64,000 bases of DNA from Octopus vulgaris (Eukaryota). The notes beneath the pieces were generated by a model. It made no database searches, was not told where the DNA came from, and saw only the letters and a program-made list of their open reading frames with translations. The translations under genes were made by a program, and so were the position numbers. The DNA is taken from assembly GCA_951406725.2 (NCBI GenBank), contig OX597815.1:126542001-126606000 (forward strand), given 5' to 3'. Shown in pieces: positions 53,230-64,000 of the stretch (the stretch's first letter is position 1; each line of letters opens with the position of its first letter).

Positions 53230-53831
53230 TAGTCGAGAAATTTACCCTATATTATGTAGTATATTGTTTATGAATTTCTCAATACTATCAAAGATTATAT
53301 TTTTATAACTACATTTAAAATTTGTTATAGAATTGTCAAATTATGTAGAATACTGTATTTCATTTTTATTAACGTGAATTAAATAATTATGATACTGGAA
53401 ATTACTCATCTTTGCTACCCATGTCACTTTTATTCATTCTCATTTTCATGCTTCTAAACTTGCCAAAGAACGCACAGTGGCTTCCGATTACAAGATATAA
53501 CTATATATATTCATTATGCTTACAAGAATTATACTGCATCACTGAAAGGTCCTGCGAAAATGCTTACTGAGGTGCAGAGTTAAAATAACATTCTAGTAAA
53601 TTAAAGTTTACAAATTACCATTGTTTGTACACACGTGACATTAATGATGCATAAGAATGTTTCGGTCAAGCTGTTGGCAGTAAGTATCAAAATTAGTGCG
53701 CTTTGTGACAAGCCTTTCCTATTGTGTAGAAATAATTATATGCATGCTTGCAAAATAAGTTTTGGAAACACGTCTAAAGCAGTGTCAGATGTGTGTGTGC
53801 ACGCACAGGCAAACGGAACAGCAATGCTCTA

Positions 53832-54676
53832 GGATCTTTTCCTTTTGAACGGCAGTTTTCAACACAATTTCTAGTTAACTAAACACTTTTAAACTTCGTA
53901 TACTGGTAGAATGTGTCAAAATAAATTTTTTTTTTCTCTTGGCTTTCTTGAGAAAAATGTAGTTTGTAAGTTTAACGTAGTTTAATTTTTCGAATTTTAA
54001 CCAATCAATTGCCTCTATTGAGCTAAAATCATTTGCTGCGTCTAAAACTGAGACAACATCCAGTCACTAACCCTAACCCTCACCCTAACCCTAAAATTTA
54101 GCCTTTCGTTTTTTTTCTTAATTGTTACGCGTGTATCTAAAATTATTCGTTTTGTTTTTGTTTTGAGTTTTTTCTTTCGTTTTAGCCTTTCGTTTCTTTC
54201 CTAAGTTGTTCAATTAAAATTATTTTCCATTGCTTTCGTTTTAGCCTCGTTTTTTTTTCTTAATTATTATCCTTAAATTAATTTAACAATTAAGAAAAAA
54301 AAAAAAAACGAAAGGCTAAAACGAAAGCAAAAACTCAAAACAAAAACAAAACGAATAATTTTAGACACACGAGTAACAATTGAATTAATTTAACAATTAA
54401 GAAAAAAAAAACGAAAGGCTAAAATTTAGGGTTAGGGTTAGTGACTGGATGTTGTCTCAGTTTTAGACGCAGCAAATGATTTTAGCTCAATAGAGGCAAT
54501 TGATTGGTTAAAATTCGAAAAATTAAACTACGTTAAACTTACAAATTACATTTTTCTCAAGAAAGCCAAGAGAAAAAAAAAATTTATTTTGACACATTCT
54601 ACCAGTATACGAAGTTTAAAAGTGTTTAGTTAACTAGAAATTGTGTTGAAAACTGCCGTTCAAAAGGAAAAGATCC
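53832..54676. mobile_element. 845-bp near-perfect foldback DNA element with telomere-like repeats
   Basis: Arms GGATCTTTTCC...GGAAAAGATCC are near identical over >250 bp. (CCCTAA)n at 54066-54094, (TTAGGG)n at 54425-54441. TSD ATGCTCTA / ATGCTCTG. Confidence 0.9.
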
Positions 54677-56516
54677 ATGCTCTGAAATTAAAAGTCATTT
54701 TTTGGGGAGCCACCATCTTCTCGGGGCGTCCGTTGTGAAGAGCTTCCTACGTCGAGGGTTTAACATGCGGTTTACTATCATAAAAATGGAACGTAAATTG
54801 TCATAAAAGTATAAAAAAAAAAGTTTAAAGCAAATTGCAATAGAAACCGGAAGTGACAAAAGTCTCTTACCCACATATACGTTAGTTGAATTATTATTAT
54901 TATTATTATTGGTAGAGTCAAATGGTTCTTCCCACCGCTTCCTGTCGGTTATTTCTCTACAATCCATGAACTGTACAGCTTCCATGTAATTGTGTTTGTT
55001 ATCATACATCGACATGCTTTCTCAGTTATGATCCTTGCTGGGTATTATAAGTGGGAACAATGTGCCTCAGCTGCTATTTCTGAAATACTTAGCACATCAC
55101 TAGAATGTATCATGTTTCTAGGTACGTGTTGATGTAACAAAATAAGAGAGTTCTTTGTTTTGTTGTTGTTTTTTACGAAATTTTGATATGTCATTTTCGC
55201 CTCTTCTGGTTTCTATTGCAATTTACTTTCACATTTCGTGATGGTAATCTATGTAAACCGAATCGAGTAAACTGTATTTCTCTACGGTTGCTTCTTATCA
55301 GTTCTTTGATACATGAATGAGGATAATCTATTCCCAAGAAAGAGTTGATAAATAGTTTCGAATAGTGGAAAGCACATCAACAACTAAAAAATCATATAAT
55401 TAAAACGCTCACTTTAAAATCTGGGTTCTATACTTCGTGGTTGAAAATGGCTAGTGGACCGAAAATTGAAGCATCAAATTTTTGCCATGACTTCCTGTTA
55501 TAAATCTTATCGTTAAACCTGAATTTTCCCAATTTCTATCGAAGAGCAGAGTTTTCCAACAACATGTCTACAATTTTGCTTTTGCCATCTGCATCTTCTG
55601 TATAAATGCTGGTGACTCAGTCCGACACCTCTGTAACAAACTTGCCATGTTAGCTAAATGATCCTTCCCTGACTTACTTAAGTAGACGCATATGATGCAG
55701 AAAATAGGTCCCAGTGTACCACATGCCTGAAGCCACTAGGGCACAGATGGGGAACCTGTGGCCTTCCAGGCTATCAAGTGCGGCCATTGGTGTATTTTCT
55801 TTCTTTTTTGACAATGTTTCTTTGTCAGCCACACTAGCTTAGTGGGAGGAAGTGACTTCACGTATGATACACGAAGAGTTCCTGTTTCATCCACCTTTTT
55901 ATTGTGATCCGTGCTAGGTACTTTACTTGGTAATTGCGTAGTCGTGGCCAACTTCTTACTGACTTGTTTTGTGAAACTGAGTTAGTTATATATAGCCTTA
56001 TTTGAAACCGTAAATCCATCAGTGCGTGCGTTAATTTTACATACTTGCTTTTTATCATTGAGACTTGATAGGCGATACAGTGATCATATTCATTGCTACT
56101 CTGCTAAGCCAGCTGCACACTGTTTCAGACAATACGGTCTTAGACAAGACACTATCAATCAGAATCCGAAATTATGTTCTTGGAATCTTGGTCATAGCTT
56201 CAACAATAGTCGTTATTTTGTGAGACTGGAAACCGTCGATATTTGAGGTTATTTCTGCAACAATTAGGTAATGATAAAATAATAGGACTAATTACAGAAA
56301 AAAAATTATAGCTAATCTAGATGTTGTTCAGTCTCAAATGGTAGTAAGAATTGCTTAAAGTCAAAGCCAAAAACATGGTTTTGAATGCAAATTTATCGTG
56401 TCTTGTCTAAGACAGTTTTATTTGGGTCAGTGTGCAGACGGGTTTACTAATTCATTATTAAAATTTTATTTTTTATGGCTTTTCAGAATAAATACATTTC
56501 TTTTTAACCCATAATT

Positions 56517-58246
56517 ATGTCAAAAAATGAACTTTAAAAGAAGAAAACAGCATCTTCAATGAAGAATGGGAATTGCAATATTTTTTTGTAAATAGTGGAC
56601 ACAAAATGTCTTGCTTGTTTTGTGATACTGAAATTGTAACGGTTAAGAAATCCAATGCACAGCAGTATTATGCTCTTCATAAAGACAATAAATATACCAA
56701 CTTTGAGAGTGAGTTTCGAAAGATAACATTGCAGAAATTGAGCGATGGAAAACAAAAGCAAAGACAATTTTTCCAATCTGTGTTGCATCTAGGGAATGCT
56801 ACGACAGAAACCAGCTATAAAGTTGCATATTTGCTTGAAAAAAAATGGTATGCCTTTCAGTGATACAGAACTCATAAAGGAATGTATTTTAGAAGTGGTA
56901 GGATGTATAGATCCCGATAAAGTTAACAAATATAAAGTGGTGCCTCTTTCAAGGACTAATACAGATCAACAGAATGAATTGGCCTGTAATGTAATTGAAA
57001 AATATAATCCCAAAAGAAAATGTATATTGCTCAATAGCTTTAGATGAATCGACAGATTCCACACAAGTATTGTATTTTATTCGTGCTATAACTGACGATT
57101 TCCAATTATATGAAGTATTATTTGCTTTAGGCACCATTAAAGGAAGTATGCAAGGAATAAATATTTTTAACAACTTCAAAGAGCAATATTATAAAGTAGG
57201 ACTAAATTTTACTAATTTGGTAAGTGCGTGCATGGATGGTGCTCCAACTATAATGGCTGAAAATGAAGGGTTTATTGCGCATCTTAAAAGCATAATCAAA
57301 TAACCAAATGTACTGATTTCTTTTCATTGTATTTTATATCAGCAAAATCTCTGTGCAAAATCTGTCATTTTAAATGACACTTTGCAGAACGTTATAAGTA
57401 TTGTAAACTATATTCGAGCAAATGCTCTGAGGCATCGTTAATTTCGAGACATGCTGATGATGGATGACAAAATTATTAATGTGGATTTGTCTTATCACTC
57501 AAAAGTATGCTGGTTATCGCAAGTGAAAGTATTGGTCAAAATTTTGTCTTTACGAAGGCAAAGAATTGACTTTTTCAAAGAAGACAACAAACATTGTGAT
57601 TTATCAGATCCAAATTTTTACAGAGATGTTGCATTTTAATGTGATGTGATGTCAAAACAAAATGAGTTAACCATTTCGTTGCAAGACAAGAATAAATATA
57701 TTTATGTGGCAAAAAAGTTGGGCATTTCGAAAAAAATTGTCATTTTGCGAGTTCCTTTTGGCTCAGTCAAAACTTTCCTCAGCTTACGAAGGTAAAGAGT
57801 GAAAAGGAAGAAGATATCTATGAATCTTTTGAAGAATACGAGTCAGTTTTAGACTCATTAATAGAATATAATAAAAAGATTCAGTGATTTTGGAAAACAT
57901 GACATCACTCTGAAATTCGCTTTTCAGCCTCACTTAGCTGATGTATCAGAGGTTTCCGAAGAGTTACAAATGGAGCTTATTGAAATGTCTGAAGATAATA
58001 TCCTGAAATCTCTGTTTGACAAGAGGAAAAATGCGGTAGAATATCTTTGTTTTTGTGAACATGCACGCCGACTAATTTCCTGCATTTCTTCCACATACTG
58101 TTGTGAATCCATATTCTCGTACTTGACGCAAATCAAGAATTCACTGAGAACGCAATTGATAGATGAACATTTGGAAGACCAGTTGAAACTAAGGATCACA
58201 ACATATCAAATGCTTTCTTAAAAAAAGCAAATTCAAAGAAGTCATT
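56517..58246 (+). pseudogene. Decayed hAT transposase (SPIN/Charlie/GTF2IRD2-EPM2AIP1-like)
   Basis: FNEEWELQYFF..CLFC (BED-like), SIALDESTD, CMDGAP, HCILYQQNLC, WLSQ, STYCCESIFS. Multiple frameshifts and stops. Confidence 0.88.
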
Positions 58247-58599
58247 AATTTGTATAAAACGTACCTACTTGGCTAAATAAAATATTTGAAAATGTCTTGC
58301 TTTCGATATTAAACATTTACTTATTATTTGTATAAAATTACCTCCTTACTTAAATAAAATATTTGAAAAGTCATGCTTTCGATTTTATACGCACCTGTCT
58401 TTCTTTTGTTAGATTATTAATAAATTACTTAGGAGATAAAATAACTGAAAAAAGGAAAATAATTTGTTCAATGCGGCCTCTATGAGGGATGATGAATTCT
58501 AGGATGGCCTTCATGCACTAGGGGAACTCTCTTTTTTGACCTCGATCCTTGGAGTATATTTTCGATAGATTTTTACCGTCGCTGACATGCTAACACCAA

Positions 58600-60150
58600 T
58601 ACTCATAGCAAATTTTATTCGGTAGTTTGGATTCGTCAACATCAACGGCTTATTGATTTATTGCCTATCTTATAATACGAGGTACTAACACACGGGTATC
58701 CTCTGTCAGTTCCGTTTTCATTAAACCATCTTCATCTCGGTGAAGTGCCCTCCTTCACTTGGATCCAAGTATTGTTTGTCCCTTACTCAACAGCAATGCG
58801 GTAAGAAACTTGTTAGTCATCATTTTGAGTTTCATGAACCAATGTATCTGCAAAACCAAATCCCTTACAACTGATCGTCAGAAGGTCGCTAAATGGCAAT
58901 TCAGCCACATGCTGTTGCTCGGAATTATTAGCAGCAATTGATTTTTCCTTTATAAAGTTCCAAAGAAAACATCTAGTCGCTGGCGTCCTTGTGAAAATTA
59001 ACGACTGGACACGACTGTAGTGTTTCTAACTAGATTCCTTTTCTTCTCTTCACTACATTCAGATTGCTAAGATTTATCTAGCTTGATCCCCAAACCAAAT
59101 TGTTATAGAACCCCAGAACATGCCTAAATCTCCTATTTTTACAACCTTTCCACTATCGGACACTGTAACGCAGCTCGGACGTTTTAGCATTTCATCGATG
59201 TCATCCTTGGTCTCTTTTGTTCACATATATTTGGATGACTTGTACGTTTGAGTTTCCAGATATTCTATTTTAGCATCACACTACGTGTACATTCAATAAA
59301 TTGATATTGTATGCAAAGTGGTAAAGGACATGAATCATTACATATAAGGAATATTTTTGCTGATCGACACTACTAGTTAAGGCTTATGACTAGAAAGATA
59401 AGCGAGCTAAGTGACAATCAGACGGGAAAAAGAAACTTTCGTCCATATCCTGAAGTTGCTCTATGGTTAGGTTAAATTTGCTGGACTATGTGACAAAATA
59501 TCAACAAGAGATAGTGCCGCTCTAAGCCGATTCTTTGGGTTTTTAGATAATTATCAGCACCGAAGGTTCTAGTCTAGAAAGCGTTTAGCAGGAAGACTTG
59601 CATAATTCCTTTGAAGTTGATGTTTTAGCAATAAATAGGTCAGCAAGTACTGATTGGTCAAACCATATTCATTTTGTGGAAATATACCAAGTCGTAATTC
59701 TAGACTGGGAAAATTTGAAAACTATGATTCAAATCTCAACTAGGTTTTCACTATATCATTAACATTTTCAAACATATCCAATGACATCTTCCAACCTGTA
59801 CTTCCTTCTCACAATTGTTGGCTTGCATTAATACACCAGTCACTTGAAACCACGCCGCTGAATGATAGCACTGCAGAATCGATTTAACAGTGGATCAAAT
59901 AATTCTGTCTAACAGTTAAAAGACATCGAATCCAACGAGCTGACACATCTAGGTTGCACATGACCACCTATTAAGCCTGCAGTTAATTGCATGATTAAGC
60001 ACTTCAATCTGAAACTGGAATCAGTTCTGAAATCAAACACGGCTAACTCTAACCGGAATATATTCCATTTGTATTAGTTTTACTATTAAGGACAGAATTA
60101 TTAATATACCGCCAAACCTGGAATATATCAATATTTTGGCATTGCCTGGT
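58600..60150 (+). mobile_element. Highly decayed Ty3/gypsy pol remnant
   Basis: FVHIYLDDL (~59216-59243) and an integrase-like TTY.P..N.MI..F...L segment near 59960-60020. Confidence 0.55.
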
Positions 60151-62052
60151 CAAGCTTCACCCCCGCATCCTGAAATTCAAGTCTTATAACATATTAACGT
60201 GTTCAATGCAAGTTGAGAACGTTACATTCGCCTTTGTAAATGTTACTTTGAACTGTCACGAATATACAATTTTGACAAAAAAAAAAAATTTATATTTGCT
60301 GTTGTTCGCACGTTTTTACGCTCTGAGATCCCACTAGCCTTCTACCCCAAACTTCAGACCTTATGCCTATGGTAGAAAGGCTTATTCATTATTGGATTGC
60401 AGACTTGAGAGCAGATTTTATTGAGCCACAGCGTTTTTAAATGACTTTTAACACGATGTAAAGGGATACAACTCTTTCCTTTGATACATATACACGATCG
60501 GATCGTCCTTCAATTTTTACTCAGGCTACGGTCTAACCAGAAAATAGATGGTGAAGCAAACTTCTTAACAGCAAAAAGATGTAATACAAGTTAATACAAA
60601 ATGAGTTAGACCAATGGCCAATAGTACATCGCGGCCATGTTGGGAAACTGCCTTGAATTGTAGCTGAATGAATCGACTGAACGTCTTTCCTTTATAAAAC
60701 CTGATACTCACCATGCCTAAATTCAAAATTAATCACAATGGTTGGCCCTGTGTCAATTAAGCTAATATAATTTCTAAAAGTAAGGGAGATAAATTCTATT
60801 GTTTCTTTCTAGAAAGGTTCATACACACCAGAGAACTTTGCAACCACCTATTTAGTTCATTCCATAACGTCAGTGGCTCCCAACCAGGATTCATACAAGT
60901 TGTTAAAATTTAAGTACAATAAATTGGTTATACTTCTACATATACAAAATATTTTAAATGATTATTTTGGTTCAATTCTTGATATGATGGCGAAAAAAAT
61001 TTTGAGTGTCTACAGAGGTTCACCAGTGTAGAATAAGAATCAAAAGGGTCCACGGGCAAAACATGGCTAAGGACCATTGCACTACAAGGTCTGGATCGAC
61101 CAATGCATCACAAATGAGATTTGGTAGATGAAAACCATACTGACTGAAGGATGTTAAATAATGTGCTCGTGTGTAACCAACATCATAAAATCTCTTAAGA
61201 GACATGCCAGTCCCACATGAACAAGTCCAGCAGCTCAATGTTGTAAACCTGGAAAAAGTACTTCTCTTTTTCTCAAAGGCTATGGCAGGAAACCTATGCT
61301 ACCATGAGAAAAAGCAAACTAAGTCATCTTATGTAAGAAATCTCTAACCATATTGTACCTTAATTTAAATTCTTTCGATCAGTCGACAAATCATTTATAG
61401 AAATGTTTCAGAATTCAGCAAATAACCAACAGTTGACATCCTTCTCCATTACAAATCTTATGTGAAACATACACATGCATCAACAGCTCATATGTACCAG
61501 ACTTAAATACATGAAATGATGGAAGGTTTATGAAAATAAGTATCTCATAGTGTTTAGAAACTAACTTCCTAAAAAGTTCTGACATAAAATGATGAAATGT
61601 TTCAAGTCAAGGTAAGCAGATTGAAACCAAACCTGGCTGCTTTGTTTTGATCAGCTGCAAATGGATTTTCAATTTGTTGAACATAAAAGAAACATACTAG
61701 AACTAACTCATCTGAAATGAAACGTACAATGCACACCATCATCATTTAACAACCCATTGTCACACATTTTAACATTGTCTTCCATGTGAGATTGGGTTGG
61801 ATGGTTTGAGAGGATCTGAGTCACAGGATAGTGAAATTACCAAGTAAGTTGCAAGATGAGAAAAACTGAGTAAGATGGCTTTATGCCAGGCAGGCAACAA
61901 GGTATCTGAGAAGGATGAATAAGTTTATAATGGAAAGGAAAATAACAGATACTCCTGAATTCAGAAATACTTAGGGGTAAAAGCAAACCAAGAAGTAAAA
62001 ATTACAGTATAGACAAAATCTGCTTTATTTCCTAGATGACATGTTCGACAAT

Positions 62053-62091
62053 TTATTTGGCTTGTCCTGGTCTGGCGTTCTGTCCACCTTC
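62053..62091 (-). CDS. Probable terminal exon of an unidentified gene extending beyond the window
   Basis: Strong acceptor CTCTCTTTTTTCTTTACAG|. Phase 0 reads EGGQNARPGQAK*, but the frame is uncertain. AATAAA overlaps the stop and recurs at 62024-62029. Confidence 0.45.
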   Translation of the reverse strand, partial: EGGQNARPGQAK

Positions 62092-62553
62092 CTGTAAAGA
62101 AAAAAGAGAGAGCATTATAAATTAACTATTAAATACAATGTTTTAAACATCTTTAAAACAACTTAATATTAAGCTAAGCTTTTTCACACAATTTACTAAA
62201 TGTTAACTAATCAACCCCCATCCCCCCTACACAGCAATATCAGAGATTAAAGTCCATTCTGAAACAAACTGTGAAAAATCAAACCTTAAGGGTCAATATA
62301 TAATGCAGTAAAAATTTTAATTTTGACCATATCGCTCCAACCAAACTTCAAATACTTTATTTTATTACAAAAAACACTCCTGCACTTGCAGACCATAAAA
62401 CATTTTAATACATGAAAAGCGACTGAAGAAGTCACACTATATTTAAAGATATTTGCTTGTCTCAAAAGAGATTGTATTATGGAAATTGCCACAAGGTAAC
62501 ATGCAATAATGGAAGTCTTAATGCTACCAAATACATTTCAGCACTGCCTAGAT

Positions 62554-62837
62554 CAGTGGTTTTCAACTGGAGTCCACGCAACAAAATAGTAAATTGGGGA
62601 TCTACAATATTTCAAAGGTCCCTGAAAAAATCTTGCTTTAGATGTATTGCAAGAAACAGCTATGTGTCTTCAACATTTTACAAAGTTCAACCTACAGAAG
62701 TGAATAACAGAATAGGAATTTTGAAAGAAGTTTCTATAAAACTAGTTTTTAAACACAGAATGGTTATGAGGGTTCACCACATTAAAACAGTAATCAAAGG
62801 GGTCCTTAGATAAAAAAAAATGAGTTGACAACAACTG
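62554..62837. mobile_element. hAT (Charlie-like) MITE
   Basis: CAGTGGTTTTCAAC...GTTGACAACAACTG TIRs. Degenerate TSD GCCTAGAT / GTCTAAAC. Confidence 0.65.
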
Positions 62838-63812
62838 GTCTAAACTAAATGAATTAAGATATTAATTTAAACTCAACAAGTATGAATTGAAAATAAACCA
62901 AGTATAATAAAAGCTGAGGAATATTATAAACCAGCATAGCAATGGTCATTACCAAACACATAGGAAACATACAAAATAAGATTAATTGTAAGAGCAAAGA
63001 AATACATTTCTGATGTCTCAAATTAGTAACATGAGTGATAACCATGTCAGCAGGGAACTATGATTAATGATCATATTACATTTGTTATACAGAGGACTGA
63101 TTGTAGGAAAAAGAATTTTTAAGAACAAATCTTATATTTCACACCTTTAAAGTAATCTTCAGATTAAATATCTTCAAATGACATCAAGAATAAAACTAAA
63201 CTTTATTTATTCAAATTAACTAGCATAGATTTGCAATTAGCGATTCATCAGAAAATCAGCACCAACATATTATTATAAGCCATTACAAGTAGTGAGCTGG
63301 AAGAAATGTTAGCCTAAGATGAAATGCTTAGCAGCATTTCTTCCAGCTCTTTATGTTCTCAATTCAAATCCTGCCAAGGTCAACTTTGCTTTCCAACCTC
63401 TCAGAATTGATAAAGTATCTGCTGAGACAAAGGTTGATAGTCAGCTACCCACAACAACTTTAAAATTGCTTGCCTTATACCAAATTTTTTAAGAATATCA
63501 TAAACCATTATAGCAATGGCCATTATACTTTAGCCAGCTTTCTATGTGCCTTAGTAAGATCTTGTGTTCAACTTGCTAAGATCCCTCAAATTAATGCCAG
63601 ATGATAATTGACCTGGGGTAAAAAAAAAAGTATTTTACACAACTACGTCGAGGCTATGGTGAAGGTTTAGTGGCAGTATTGTAACATCATCAGAACAACC
63701 ACAGCATATATGTCTCAATGGTTATAGTTTTACCAATATTAGAGATGGTAGCAATCATGGTGATAGTGTACAAACCCATCATCGCACCTTCAGCAAAGCT
63801 ATCATGTGTGTC

Positions 63813-63848
<36 letters not shown>

Positions 63849-63904
63849 GTCAATTCAAATAAATTCTGCTGGTTAATCACTATCATACAAAGAGAAAGTC
63901 TCAA

Positions 63905-64000
63905 CATCATCATCATCATCGTTTAACGTCCGTTCTCCATGCTAGCATGGGTTGGACAGTTCGACCGGGGATCTGGGAAGCCAGAAGGCTGCACCAGGCT
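63905..64000 (-). mobile_element. RTE-type 3' end with (GAT)n tail
   Basis: CATCATCATCGTTTAACGTCCG...GCATGGGTTGGAC, as in the other copies. Confidence 0.75.

Noticed and set aside
54693-54718. Minus-strand AAGATGGTGGCTCCCCAAAAAATG, resembling an RPL30-like start (MVAPQK) or a YY1 site
   Set aside because: No splice donor after it and no downstream exons found; probably chance or a TE-borne motif.
54760-55260. ETS motif AACCGGAAGT suggesting a promoter
   Set aside because: It lies in one arm of a degenerate inverted repeat (AATTGCAATAGAAACC at ~54833 vs ~55208), so it is more likely an old MITE.
55420-55950. Possible pogo/DDE_1 transposase remnant (FDASIFGPL on the minus strand)
   Set aside because: A single weak motif; too decayed to support.

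Overview
AT-rich, repeat-dense eukaryotic DNA, most likely from a coleoid cephalopod (Octopus-like). That assignment is inferred from a mollusc-type ND6 mitochondrial insert and the SINE/LINE content. One intact protein-coding gene can be rebuilt: the minus-strand spliceosomal factor YJU2/CCDC94 (7 coding exons, 49105->29846, 1047 nt, 348 aa). Just upstream are two identical, convergent tRNA-Arg(ACG) genes inside an old, degenerate ~4.3 kb inverted duplication, with a foldback element in its spacer. There is also a tRNA-Phe pseudogene and a probable terminal exon of a second minus-strand gene near 62.05 kb. The rest is mobile DNA: a non-autonomous Helitron, several TAA-microsatellite-targeting Dong/R4-like LINE fragments plus a ~530-bp non-coding element with the same target, and an RTE LINE interrupted by an ND6 NUMT. 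Also present are Tx1/L1, CRE, Penelope and gypsy remnants, two decayed hAT transposases, hAT MITEs, telomere-repeat-bearing foldback elements, many tRNA-derived SINEs and microsatellites. All calls were made by eye; repeat boundaries are approximate unless a TSD or TIR is cited.
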